From: Octopus sinensis
Taxonomy: Eukaryota
Assembly: GCF_006345805.1 (NCBI RefSeq)
Contig: NC_043007.1
Span: 25,978,001-26,042,000 of the forward strand
DNA length: 64,000 nt
Reading direction: 5' to 3'
Shown here: positions 36,995-49,362 of the stretch, piece after piece
Layout: each line of letters opens with the position of its first letter
How positions within the stretch are numbered: the first letter of the stretch is position 1
The notes under the pieces: generated by a model
Seen by the model: only the letters and a program-made list of their open reading frames with translations
Told to the model about the DNA's origin: nothing
Database searches by the model: none
Position numbers and translations under genes: made by a program

Positions 36995-37656
36995 CGTTGG
37001 CGAATATAATTTAAAAAAAAATTTCATCAGATGATCATTTGTTGTTCTGTTTTGCTCCAGCTCAACTCTGTTTCAGATTTGATAAAACCGTTCCAACTGC
37101 AACCATATAGCCCCCCCCACCTTTTTCTAGTCATAGTGTATCTAAGAGTAAATTAAACAATTTGGCATTTCCGTTTTTTTTTTTTTTTTTTTTTTAGAAT
37201 TGTGACGTGTTATTTGAAATGAGATTTGACTGCTATTTCTAGCACATCGAGCAATCACAGATTCCCTTGTTTGCTTGCCAACAAGTGAACTGAGAATGCT
37301 ATTTTTTTTTTTCATGCTTGTTTATTTTCATGTAAGATAAATTGTTTGAATTCCCACAGTAAAAATACCAATATACATTGTTGTATTAATATTCCGCTCT
37401 TTGTGTTCTGTTTTTTCTTCTTTCGTTTCTGTGAAAGCTTCCCCTCTCCAACTCTTAAAAACCAAAGCCATTCCTTCTCAAGTGAAGCAAATATAACTTC
37501 TCTACAAATTCATCTCCCATGTTCGACTCTGTTGTTTGTTTTTGTACGCGCGCGCGTCACTTGCTGATTTTTGGTAGGAGTATCAGTGCCAATAGCCTTT
37601 GCAGGACCTCCTACATAGTGAGAGTGATGCCATTCATATTACGTTTGTCCCGATAC

Positions 37657-37878
37657 GGCAGCGAGCTGGCAGAATCGTTAGCACGCCGGGCAAAATCCTT
37701 AGCGGCATTTCGCCCACTTTTACGTTTTTAGTTCAAATTCCCCTGAGGCCGACTTTGTCTTTCATTCTTTCGGGGGCCGATAAAATAAATACCAATTGAA
37801 CACTGGGGTTGATCTAATCTACTAGGGCCCCCTTCTCCCGAAATTGCTGGACTTGTGCCAAAATTCGAAACCAATATT
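37657..37878 (+). mobile_element. Family-A SINE, near full length
   Basis: GGCAGCGAGCTGGCAGAATCGTTAGCACGCCGGGC head, GTTCAAATTCC B-box, GTGCCAAAATTCGAAACC tail. Confidence 0.9.
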
Positions 37879-37879
37879 A

Positions 37880-38310
37880 CTCTTGAACCTAAGTCAACCA
37901 CTGTAGGAAAGATATGGGCCAAGAGGCATTTTCAGAGGGACCGATGTTCAGGAAAGGAAGGACTGGGCATGGTGATTAGCGCAAAGCCTGGTGTATTTCG
38001 ACAGAGCAAGTGTGATGTGAGGTGAAGAAGCGATTGGGTCAGGGATGCCTGAGTGGAGGTTGGCATGAGCCTAACCAGCTCTGAGAAGCAGAGGTCATCA
38101 TAGCAACGGTAGAAAAGACCGAGAGAAGATATGAGTGTGTTTGTGAGTGACTTTATGTTAGTCAGTCCGGTGATCCTTTTCTGGATGTCAATGTGTGCGG
38201 TAGCAGCATCCCACTCCAAATGTGAACCTCATCTGAGCTTTGTAAAATCTCAGTAATTGTTGGGAGCTGCAGTACATATTCCCTGGTGCTGAACAGAAGA
38301 GCCAATCATT
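37880..38310 (-). mobile_element. CR1/L2-type LINE ORF2 C-terminal fragment (decayed)
   Basis: Minus strand: QQLLRFYKAQMR, IQKRITGL, LFYRCYDDLCFSELVRLMP, ANHHAQSF, HIFPTVVDL, matching the YKAQIRP / LFYRYY..CS.EL / SFFPRT..LWN.LP pattern. Confidence 0.8.
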
Positions 38311-38534
38311 AGGACACGATGCGATTTTGCCACGTACAGTATTAAATACAGGCATCTTCAGTTATAGAACTATGTCTGCAAATGAAACGGTGTCCAACGT
38401 TTAGATTTTGCTATTTTATATTTTAACATTTACTTGGAATTTCAAAAGTGTTTCATTTAGTGAACACCAAAACTGCTACTTGCAAATCTAGAACTGTGTG
38501 GTCCTATCTGAAGCAAGTTGTAATCTTTGATATA

Positions 38535-38610
<76 letters not shown>

Positions 38611-38618
<8 letters not shown>

Positions 38619-38948
38619 TATATAGAGGGTACTATTATTCATAGGTACCGCACGCTAGGAGGGAACTTTGCAGTCAAAACTACTAAAATAAACAAATTTT
38701 ACCGAATGCAAAACTGCAAAGCAAGTCATTTAAAAACAGAATTTAGTTCGTTGCACTGAAGAGCGTAGAATGCATATTCTGCATTGATTGCGAAATCACA
38801 GGTGATATGTAACTAAATTCTGTTTTTAAATGACTTGCTTTGAAGTTTTGCATTCGGTAAAATTTGTTTATTTTAGTAGTTTTGACTGCAAAGGTCCCTC
38901 TTAGCGTGCGGTACCTATGAATAATAGTACCCTCTATATAATATAAAT
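38611..38948. mobile_element. Foldback element: 138-bp inverted arms (3 mismatches) around a 62-bp spacer
   Basis: 38611-38748 versus the reverse complement of 38811-38948. TATA|GAGGGTAC...GTACCCTC|TATA termini; Sola-like is an inference. Confidence 0.9.
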
Positions 38949-39084
38949 AAATATTTTCAAAGTGGAAAAATTTACAGATTTTTTCTCTTACGAGGTTTTT
39001 CACGCTAACTACTGATAATTTCTTATAAAAGATTTTATCCTTAATTTTAAATTTATACATTATATATATATATAGTTCAAATTT

Positions 39085-39290
39085 ACAGAATACAAAAGAC
39101 GAAAACAGGTGAGGGGAACAACAAGCAGGTGTATTAGTTTTGACGCTCGGGAAAATGGAAAAGTCTTTGACATTTCGAGCCTGCGCTCTTCGACAGAAAG
39201 AGTTGAGAGGGGAAAAAATAGAGAGAGAGAACGAAAACAAAGAAAAAACAGGAAACACAAAAAAGTGTGTAGGGATTCACAGTTCAACAT
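39085..39290 (-). mobile_element. Penelope-type terminal repeat remnant with hammerhead-like motif (39165-39200)
   Basis: Minus strand CUUU-CUGUCGA-A-GAGC GCAG GCUC-GAAAU-GUC-AAAG. Homologous to 19823-19995. Confidence 0.65.
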
Positions 39291-39617
39291 GATGAAATGA
39301 CTGGAAGAATGAGGCTGAGTGGAAGAGAGATAACAATGAACCGGCAGAACTAAGGTGCGCAAGCGTGTGTGTGTGTATTTGTGTAAGACGTGTGTGTGAA
39401 TGGGGCGAGCATATATATATATATATAGTAAGGAGAGACACAAATAAGAAAGAAGAAAACAAAGGACCACTGATGCGGTCACAGGAGTGTGACGAAAGAA
39501 CTCTGGCCGAAATAAGATTAAGATTAATGTAAAAAAATAAATAACAATGAAGCAAAATAACACCAATTATATAGTGCGTGTGTTTTTATTGGCTAAACTG
39601 GCAAAATGACCATTCCG

Positions 39618-39661
<44 letters not shown>

Positions 39662-40018
39662 TTATCTGTCTCAATATATTTACATTAGGTGTGGTACGTA
39701 AATGCCTATTTTAATCTTATACTGCTCCTGTTGCATGCAATGGATATATGGTCAGCGATAAAAATTCAGTTGTTCCATCAAATGATCCTCAATTTGCATG
39801 TAAGTGGTTGAGCGTTCTGCAGACAAGAGTGCTCTTCAGGTACTTCTTAGGCAGTCCGCCTGACAGTTTCAATCCACTTGACTTCTATACATTCTCTGTT
39901 TGGCTCGAGGCGAGGTTTCAGAAAATGATATTTGCTTCAGATGCCATGCAACGGCATCTTGGTCAACTGACTTGCCTGCACGTAACACACGTGTGTATAT
40001 GTGTGCATGCATGTGTTA

Positions 40019-40240
40019 TACGAGGTGTTGCTGAAAAGTCTCTGGCTTAAGGTAAAAGAAAATACGGGAGGATCAGTTAATTATGATTTTATTAAATGGA
40101 TTCCCCTCTTAGATTCACACATTTATTGCAGCGGTCCTTCGGCTTTTCTTAGCCATGTAAAAGAACTCAGAAGGTTGGGCCTCCAACCAGGCCTTTCGAG
40201 AGACCCCTTCAAGCCAAGATCTTTTCAACACTTCCTCGTA
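40019..40240 (-). mobile_element. Mariner-derived MITE, same family as 15583-15780
   Basis: TACGAGGTGTTGCTGAAAAGTCTCTGGCTT / AAGCCAAGATCTTTTCAACACTTCCTCGTA termini with TA ends. Confidence 0.8.
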
Positions 40241-40299
40241 CACACACACGCGCGCGCGGGTGTATATTGCAAAGTGTGCACCACATCTGGGCATTAACG

Positions 40300-40460
40300 T
40301 ACATCAACACTGACTCTGAAGACTATTGTTGAAACATGGGAAATGTCAATGAAGGTGGGGCAACAAATTAGAGAACATTCTACGGAGTGATGCCTACGGA
40401 AGATCCTCTACGTCACTTGGTGAAATAGAATTACAAATGAGGAAATCCTTCTGCGATGCA
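40300..40460 (+). mobile_element. RTE-clade LINE fragment
   Basis: CLRKILYVTW*NRITNEEILLR at 40391-40456, preceded by an ETW motif. Confidence 0.8.
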
Positions 40461-40572
40461 AATCTCATGCACAGCAAAATATTGTTGTCGTTTCGTCGGT
40501 TCTGCCAGGCACTCGACATGCAAATATTGCAATGACATAAGCATCAGGAAATAGAAAGATGGCCGGCTCAAG

Positions 40573-40606
<34 letters not shown>

Positions 40607-40630
40607 GTGGGTGTGTACAGATATATATCT

Positions 40631-40996
40631 TTTTATCCTTTACGTGTTTCAAGCCATTAAACTGCGGCCATGACGGAGCACCACCTTGAAGGGTTTAAGT
40701 CGAACAAATCAACCCTTGGACTTTTTTCTATGAAAGTCTGGTGCTTATGCTATTGATTCTTTTTGCCGAGCCGTTAAGTTATGGGGGTGTAAACAAACCA
40801 GCAGCGGTTGTCACACACCTAGGCGCTCATACACACACACATGACAGGCTTCTTTCAGTTTCTGCCTACCTAATCCACTCTCAAGGGGGTTGATCGGGCT
40901 GGGGCTATAGTAGAAGACATGCCCAAGGTCCCACACAGTGGGACTGAATCTAGAATCTTATGGTTAGGAAAGCAAAATTCTTACCACACTGCCATG
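40631..40996 (-). mobile_element. Family-B SINE, degenerate
   Basis: Reverse complement of the head-to-tail family-B layout. Confidence 0.75.
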
Positions 40997-41041
40997 CCTG
41001 CGTCTATGTATGTGTATGCATGCATGTGTACACACACACCA

Positions 41042-41225
41042 ACATCATTTGACATTCGTTTTTCATGCTGTCATTGGTTGGATGGTTCAGCAGGGACCAA
41101 CGAACTTGAGGACGGTGCCCGGCATCGTCTGCTTTGGCATGGTTTCTACAGCCGGGTGCCCTACCTAACGCTAACTACTTCACGGAATGCACTGTGTGCC
41201 TTTTTTTCGTGACACTGTCACTAAT
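41042..41225 (-). mobile_element. Family-C retroposon, degenerate
   Basis: GGTTTCTACAGCCGGGTGCCCTACCTAACGCTAAC is related to the 50321 copy. Confidence 0.6.
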
Positions 41226-41839
41226 GAGGTCACCAATTTACTCGCCAGACAAGACCCCCTTAACTGAGTTAGATATAGTATTGAGGGAGGTGGCTTATAT
41301 CATATAAATATAAGGAGAGGTGAGAGTATGATAAAGGGACAAGAATATGTGTCTTGCTGTAGTAGAGGTACATAGCTTCCCCTAGTTGCGGGGATGGAGC
41401 GAGAAGTTGGTGATGATCCGGTGTCCCCAGAAAGGCGTGCATATGTATCTTGGAATGGGTATATTGCTTTCAAAAAACGGGAAACTCGGGATTAGTGACA
41501 GAGGGGCGTCAAGCTATAAGATAAACGAATTTATTGTTATAAATATTCAGTACTTGTTTTTCTTGTGTGTGTAAATTTCAAAGGATAAGTTTCGCACGTG
41601 TCTGTGTGAAACTTAGGCTTAGTATTCTTCTCACTCTTTTATTAGTTTCGATCATTGTAGGGTGACCAAGCTGGGGCATTACCTTTAATGTTTTGGTCGA
41701 TTACATCGACTCCAGTATCTGATTCAACGGGCTGTGTTTATGAGACAGCTTAGTTACTTGGCACAAAAGGACAGCATAAACTACATCGGTTATTTTAGGT
41801 AAGCACGAGCATAAACACAACACATTTACGTTCTATCTA

Positions 41840-42190
41840 TAACTATCTATATCTATATTTATTTATCTATCTAGCTATATCTATTTATTTATCTATCTAT
41901 CCATCCATCTATCTATATTTATCTATCTATCCATCCATCTATCTATCTATATTTATTTATCTATCTATCTATATCCATCCATCCATCCATATCCATCCAT
42001 CCATCTATCTATCTATCTATATCCATCCATCCATCCCCATCTATCTATATCCATCCATCCATCTATCTATCTATATCCATCCATCCATCCATCTATATAT
42101 ATCCATCCATCCATCCATCCATCTATATATATATATCCATCCATCCATCCATCTATCTATATATATATATATCCATCTATCTATCGATCA
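41840..42190. repeat. ~350 bp compound (ATCT)n/(ATCC)n tetranucleotide array
   Basis: Direct inspection. Confidence 0.95.
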
Positions 42191-42789
42191 ATTGTGTCAG
42201 TCATTAGTTTGCAGCCATGCTGGAGCAATTCCTCGAAAGGTTTAATCGAACAAAATCATCCTTAGTATTTATAGTTTATTTTAAAGCATCGTACTTTATT
42301 CCTTCGATCTTTTTTGCCGAACCAGTTGTCAAGTAGTGGGGCGGGACACGGACACACACACACACACACGACGGGCTTTCAGTTTTCGCACCACCCCCAT
42401 AATATACATACATAATACATCACACATACGCAAAATCTGAGCACGATATCACATGAACATACTCATCAGAGAACCCATTTTGTTATCCCGGTATAAGCAC
42501 GTGTTTAAGGTATAAAAAAGGGGAGACATATTTTATATTTTGTATAATTTTCCAGTGTCGGATGGTGCAAAATGGTGAATAAAAAGTGTCAAAGATTTAC
42601 GTTTTTCCTGTTGCTTTTGTTACACGTAAATAATTTTCTTTAAATTGCTTACTACTATTTAATGTCAAATATAATTGAAAATTCTAGAAAAATACATTTA
42701 TGTATAAGAAGAAAGTTGTGAGTCTGGTTTTGGGGGAAAAAAGAAACGGAAATTTTAGTAGCTACTATTTTCACATTTAAATACTTATG

Positions 42790-44460
42790 TCTCGTCTTAG
42801 ACAATGGAAGGGATCGAGGGCGTATCCATTGTTTAAGGGTTGTTGTGGTGAGGGCATCAGTTGGGCTTTTAAATTCGGCTCTGCTTGGTGCTGGTTGGGG
42901 TCTGTCGGACATTGATCATTTCGTTGTTGGGCATTAGCGGAAGATAAAGATCAGTTTTGGGGAGAGTATTAAGAAGCATCGTGTAAAAAGCCAACGACAA
43001 CAAGAGGTAGGAGTCAGCCAGTCTGGATGGCTGGCAGGCAGGCAGGCAGACAGGCAAGCAAGCCATACTGCCAGTGAGCGCCGCCGCCGTCCTTATTCAT
43101 TCATTCATTCTCTCATTGACTGTTTTTCTGTCTCTCTCTCTCTCTCTCCTCAATTCTTTCTTCGCTGTCCATGCCCCCTTCCTCTATTGCTCCTCCTCCT
43201 CCTCCCACCGTTTTGTCAGCTTTATTCTTCCTTTCCTTTCCTCTTTCGTGCATGTTTTGCTAGTCGTGGTTTAGTCTCCACTCTTCAATTCTCCATTATA
43301 GACAGATAGCCATTGTCGTTTGATCAGACCTCCTCCCCACACACACATACTACATATGTCTGTATAGTACATGCACCATATATATACATACATACATATA
43401 TATACACACATATATATATATTACACATACACACATTGATGCATGCGTTTTGAGTTTGTATTCTATTGCTAGTTGTATTGTCTGTGTTTGGATCTGTGAA
43501 AATTCAATCATTTAGCTTTTTTTTTTCCTTTCTTCAGCTAATAATCTTTCTTCCTCATTTACTCTCTCTCTCTCTCTTCCTTTGCTTGCACATATATTCT
43601 CTCTCTCTCTTTCTCTCCATCTCTCTCTCTTTCTCCTTTTCTCTCTATATCTCTTTCTCTCTCTCACGTGTATAATATCTGAGCAATATTTTCTGCACTG
43701 GTGAGCCGTTGAACTTTTTGTTTCCTTTACATCTATATTTAGAAGAAAAAAAAAGAAGAGAAAAAGCATATTGTTGATTATATATATTAATTATTATTTA
43801 TTTCGTATTGCTTCGTGTCGAGGTGGTTGGTGATGGTGGGAAATTCTTCAATGGATGCGTTTTAATGTTTATTGTAAATTATAAATCTTTTCATATCTCG
43901 TTATCTTCGTTGTTGTATAGCAATATCTCACACCCTGCAATCTTAGTATCATCTATTCTATTCTATCTGCATCCTTATCCTCACCAATGGCGATAAATGA
44001 ATGATATTATTTATTTCGAATCCAGCCCGCGCTTCGTTTCGGCATTTTTACATTCACGCAGTTGTTTTTGAAATCCCGGTTTCGATTCCTTGGTGGCGGC
44101 AGCCATTTAATAACTTCTCCTTCAGAATATCGTTCACTCTATTTATTCATTTTTTTTTTGTTTTTTTTTTTCATGGAGCAAGCCGCAAAAAACCCTCGCT
44201 TACCCCGCCTTCTCCTGTCACCACTAAACCCCTATCGCTAAAAAAAAAAAGGGAGGGGAGCAGTAAAAAAAAAATAAAGAAATAGGCAAGGGAAAAAGTG
44301 GGGCTTGTGCCGATGTATATATAACACTTAAATCATTGCATTGCTCTGACTCCAGCCCTCCTTCTTCCTGCGTTAATAATATCAAATCTGAGGTGCCTGT
44401 GCCTATATATCTATGAAGTGAAATCATTCTTTTCGACTCCAGTGGTTGGTGTTCCACTTT
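42790..44460. promoter_or_regulatory. CpG-retaining, promoter/5'UTR-like region
   Basis: GCGCCGCCGCCG at ~43078, (GA/TC)n tracts, several donor-like sites, and a minus-strand AAATGGCTGCCGCC at 44095-44108 (YY1-like; established motif class). No TSS data. Confidence 0.3.
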
Positions 44461-44652
44461 TTAAAGAAGGGCGGCAAGTATGTAGATAAAGCACGTGTTT
44501 CTTAGCTCTACCGCCTCACCTCTATATCTTTGTTCCTGTGTGTGCGGACGTATGCATATTATATACATATATGTAAAACATATATTGTGAATATTACATA
44601 TTATATATATATATATATATATAGATTGTTATATATATATATATATAGATTG

Positions 44653-44698
<46 letters not shown>

Positions 44699-44842
44699 TG
44701 TAACATATATTGCGAATATTATACGTATGTGTGTATGTATATATATATATATATACAGTGAATATTATATATATATATATATATTATATATATAGATTGT
44801 TATATATATATATATATATTGCGAATATTATACGTATGTGTG

Positions 44843-44907
<65 letters not shown>

Positions 44908-45157
44908 TGAATATTATGTGTGGTCTGCTTTGTTTAATGGTTGCAGTTGAATCAATCGGTGTGCCTAGACAATGTCAGAGGATGTTGCTGTTGTGATTAT
45001 TATTATTATTATTATTATCATCATCATCATTATTGTTGTTTTTGCCATCGTGTTAATACATCAATAATAATTATACTGTTATTATTCATTGTATTTTTTC
45101 TTCTTTATTTTGGTTCTTTCTGATTCACCATTTCTATTATTACTTAAATAGGTTTTA

Positions 45158-45199
<42 letters not shown>

Positions 45200-45634
45200 C
45201 ACACACATAGTACTCCAGTATCATATTGTTAGTCGGTGATAGTAATAGGAAAAAAGAATATGAATATACAAATTAATTTGTATATTATTGTATAAGTATA
45301 TTCACTAGACTTGTGGTTTTCATTATAACATTATGTATAATAATATATATAAAACACCAGGGGAGTGGGGAAAATTGATAATGTGTGATGCTCATGTTTT
45401 TCAACAATAAAATATAATCGAATCGATTCTAACCACAAGTACGAAAATCGATGTATTTGATGGTAAGGAAAGATATTTGAAGTAGCTGTGATGTTCATGC
45501 CTCTTTTTTCTGTCTGTCTCTCTCTCTCTCTCTCACCCGCAAGGGTATTCTTATTGATGTATGGATTTAGAGTAGTTGCGAAGAATAAAACAAAGCAGTT
45601 TACAAAATACCGGCAGCAACCAATGGTTAATGGT

Positions 45635-46083
45635 AACAACGAGCCGACATCGACGTGGTGGTTTGAGGATCATTTTGCTGCTAGAAATAGCAGCAAAATC
45701 TTTGTCGAATCACAGCCAAACGCTTTTTTTTTTTTAAAGGGGCAAGACATAGGATAATGAAATCCTATGCATACTACCTATATCTGGGGTGAAAGATCAT
45801 AGTCGGAAACTATCTGACCATAAACTTTTGTCAATCAGGCTTAACCTGGGGCTAAAACAACGAGCCGACATCGACGTGGTGGTTTGAGGATCATTTTGCT
45901 GCTAGAAATAGCAGCAAAATCTTTGTCGAATCACAGCCAAACGCTTTTTTTTTAAAGGGGGCAAGACATAGGATAATGAAATCCTATGCATACTACCTAT
46001 ATCTGGAGTGAAAGATCATAGTCGGAAAGTCTCTGACCATAAAAACTTTTGTCAATCAGGCTTGACCTGGGGCTAAAACAACG
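45635..46083. repeat. Two-copy 221-bp tandem duplication of a dispersed-repeat fragment
   Basis: AACAACGAGCCGACATCGACGTGG at 45635 and 45856. Confidence 0.92.
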
Positions 46084-46669
46084 TTTGAAATAGCAGTGAT
46101 GAAAAATAGTGGTGATTGCAGAAGGTTTTGGGAGAATGAGCGAGCGTGTTAGTAAAAGAAACAGACGAAAATTGTTGGTTATTTCGAACGAAGCAGCATC
46201 CATCCATTCATCCGTCTATCCATCCATGTATCATTTATCCTTTGCCCAAACGGAAAGAGCTGCCATCTCTTTTCCTTCTTTGCCTCTGCCTCGTTCGCCT
46301 CTCTCCTCCTTGTTATCTGCCGCCAGCTCTGAAAAAGTCAGTCTAGCATATCTGCTTCTTTCTTCTCACTCGATCTGAATGGCTGCCTTAGTTTTCTTTC
46401 AGTCGGTGCTTTTTAAAGCTCATCTCTGATCCAGCCGTGACCATCAATATAGGTTTATTCAGGCTATTGCTAATCTAATATATCCTTTTTTTAAAAAAAT
46501 TTTTAAGAAGCAAGTCGTGTGTGAATTTCCATTTCCATTTATGTTGCTATTTCCATCAATCTAGCGACCATGCATTGGCTGCTTTTTGCCTACTGTTTAT
46601 TTCTCTCTGAACAGAACCTATAAAGCCTATGGCTTTCATAAGATTATATATATATATATATACACACAT

Positions 46670-46776
46670 ACACTATGTCTGGGAGATAGTATATATATAT
46701 AAATATATATACTATGTCTGGGAGATTATATATATATATATATATTATATATATATATATATATATATGGGAGATA

Positions 46777-46832
<56 letters not shown>

Positions 46833-46907
46833 TATGTCTGGGATATATATATATATATATCTATGGGAGATATATATATATATATATATATCTATGTCTG
46901 GGAGATA

Positions 46908-46952
<45 letters not shown>

Positions 46953-46962
46953 TGGGAGATAG

Positions 46963-46995
<33 letters not shown>

Positions 46996-47134
46996 ATATA
47001 TATACACATTATGTCTGGGAGATAGTATATATATATGTATATATAATATGTCTGGGATATATATAAAATAATAAATAAAACATGCATATATACATACATA
47101 TATGTACGTACCTACATCTATATGTAAATATACA

Positions 47135-47173
<39 letters not shown>

Positions 47174-47220
47174 CACATACTAAATCTGGGATGTACACAT
47201 ACACACTATATCTGGGCGAT
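46670..47220. repeat. Minisatellite: TATGTCTGGGAGATAG core in variable (TA)n, about 10 copies
   Basis: Core or truncated core at about 46674, 46712, 46767, 46832, 46863, 46894, 46948, 47010 and 47047. Confidence 0.9.
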
Positions 47221-47697
47221 ATACATCTGTATCTTATGTATTATAAAATGACTTACCCGGCTTAGTTTTTCTTAGTCTTTAGTAGGTTTTTTTGTTTGTT
47301 GTTATTTACTTAATCCACCATCCCCCTCTGCCAGTGGTATGCATCCTCATTAAAAACTGTTTTCTTTCTATCCTAACCAGCATTACAGGTGGATTTTGTG
47401 TGTATGTATGTGCGTGTGCCATTATTGATATATATGTAATATATATCGATTTCCTTGACTTTGGAGTGGTAGTGGAAGGAACATGTCGGCAGATTTTTTT
47501 CTATTTATGATAAGTAGAGGAGAAATAAAAGATAATTTTTCCCTATCCTTCCTCCCCTCTCTTCCTTTCTTGGTGTTTATCAGGTATTCCCCCGAAATAG
47601 TTGTCACTATTATTATAACCATGCTGCTTTTCTTATCAACGTCTGTCGTATTCCCGAAAAGAATGTCATAACATGCGACATAAAAACATATGTACAC

Positions 47698-47756
<59 letters not shown>

Positions 47757-47757
<1 letters not shown>

Positions 47758-47960
47758 AAGTCAAGATAGAAAATGCTAAAATAATTTTATAAAGAACATT
47801 TCAGTACCGGTTTCGGTCATTTTGAAACCTTTTCAACTGTAACGATTAAGTAATTAAATTTTGAAAAATTAAAAGAAAAGATTTTTTAAAAGAATATTTG
47901 TATAGTGTTCAAATATAAAGTGGCATTTTCCTTGTTTCTGCCTTTCTCTGTCTCTCTTGT
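47757..47960 (-). mobile_element. Penelope-type remnant (second family) with degenerate hammerhead-like motif (47802-47839)
   Basis: Minus strand CAG-UUGAAAA-GGU(...)ACC-GAAAC-CG-GUA-CUG with palindromic ACCGGU. Confidence 0.5.
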
Positions 47961-47971
47961 TTACACTTGTG

Positions 47972-48019
<48 letters not shown>

Positions 48020-48689
48020 ATCCTTATATCTCATATAAGATGGTTCAAGAAGCTTGTATTTTCCGGTAATTTTTCCATATACGAAGTTGCAGCCGTATGC
48101 GTGCGATTGTGAATATGTCTACAGTAAACGTTTTACAGATTTAACACATTTATAGTTTTTGCTATTTAAAGACTGTTTATAAGGGTTATGGCTATACAAA
48201 TGAAAAGAGTATTCAATTATGTTAAGTCAGTGTGTACATTATTATTTGAAGCTGAGGCTTATATATTATATATATATTTACACACACACACAGTTCGAAT
48301 CGGTTTCTTAGCTGTTTTGCTTTAAGGAATTTTGCAAAAGTTGAATTTCTATTAATTTTTTCCACTAATTAGAGAAGTGCTTAGATGAGCCACTCAATTT
48401 TGTGTATTTGTTTTGTTTGTTTTTTTTTATTTTAAGGTTGCAATCGAGCTTAAAATAAATTTCAGTCGTTTGATATTGATTGATTTTAGATTGTTTCAAT
48501 TGAGATACTTCGATTTCATTTTTCACCTGACGGTTTTTTTTTTGTTTTGTAAATATTTACCTTTCTCCGTTCTTTATCTATCTCCAGTTAACCTGCAACA
48601 CACCCACGTATTTTATTAAATAAATATTACTTGTTTGAACTAAACTCTGCAGCTCTCTAAACAAATTGATTGAATTTGCTTATATTTAG

Positions 48690-48716
48690 TCTTAACATTT
48701 TTCGAATATTGTTCAG
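48690..48716 (+). other. Candidate 27-nt exon
   Basis: TTTGCTTATATTTAG| acceptor and CAG|GTATGT donor at the edge of the CpG-poor domain. Confidence 0.25.
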
Positions 48717-49019
48717 GTATGTTATCAAGGTGGAGGAATTCTCTTTAAAATATTGTCTTTCCTCCACATGCTTTGTAAATGTTGTTTTCTCCTCCACCCC
48801 CCTCACTACTCTCAAAGACATGTTTGACACATTCACTATTTTTCTTTCTTGATTTATCGAATCAATCTGTGATTTTTTTTTCAAAATAGTTTGTGGTGGT
48901 TACATTTTGTTTGCCAATGACGATTTCTGACTCATAAGATTGAGAAATTCTTGTTTCTCACGAGAACGTTAATATGTATTAAGATTTGTTATTTTTTTAA
49001 ATATATGTGTGTGTATGTG

Positions 49020-49059
<40 letters not shown>

Positions 49060-49060
<1 letters not shown>

Positions 49061-49362
49061 TAGCAGTATCGCCCGGCGTTGCTCGGGTTTGTAAGGGAAA
49101 TAACTATATAAGCATTTTAGAGAGTTACTTCCCTTATATAATAGCAAAAAAGTGCATTAAAAATGGGAAAAAATTATGGTAAATTTTTTTTTTAAATCGT
49201 AGACTCATCGTAGACGCGCGCTAATACCCAGAAGGGCTCGATATGAATCACGAGTATAAGATACCCGCTTTTAGTTAAACTGCACCGCAAAATGTGGGAG
49301 TAGTTAGGAATCTAAATCGTAGGGGACAGACACTCACACAACTTCACTTTTATATATAAAGA
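49060..49362 (-). mobile_element. Non-autonomous Helitron, complete ends
   Basis: Minus strand A|TCTTTATATATAAAAG...CCGAGCAACGCCGGGCGATACTGCTAG|T: TC start, hairpin, CTAG end, AT target, no TSD. Confidence 0.9.

Noticed and set aside
37932-38219. 95-aa ORF as a host gene
   Set aside because: It is a frameshifted CR1/L2-type LINE fragment.
42801-42833. ACAATGGA...TCCATTGT hairpin as a pre-miRNA
   Set aside because: Only an 8-bp stem, and it matches no conserved miRNA I recognise.
48555-48595. Minus-strand exon with AAG|GTAAAT donor as a continuation of the WD40-like chain
   Set aside because: It has stops in all three frames.
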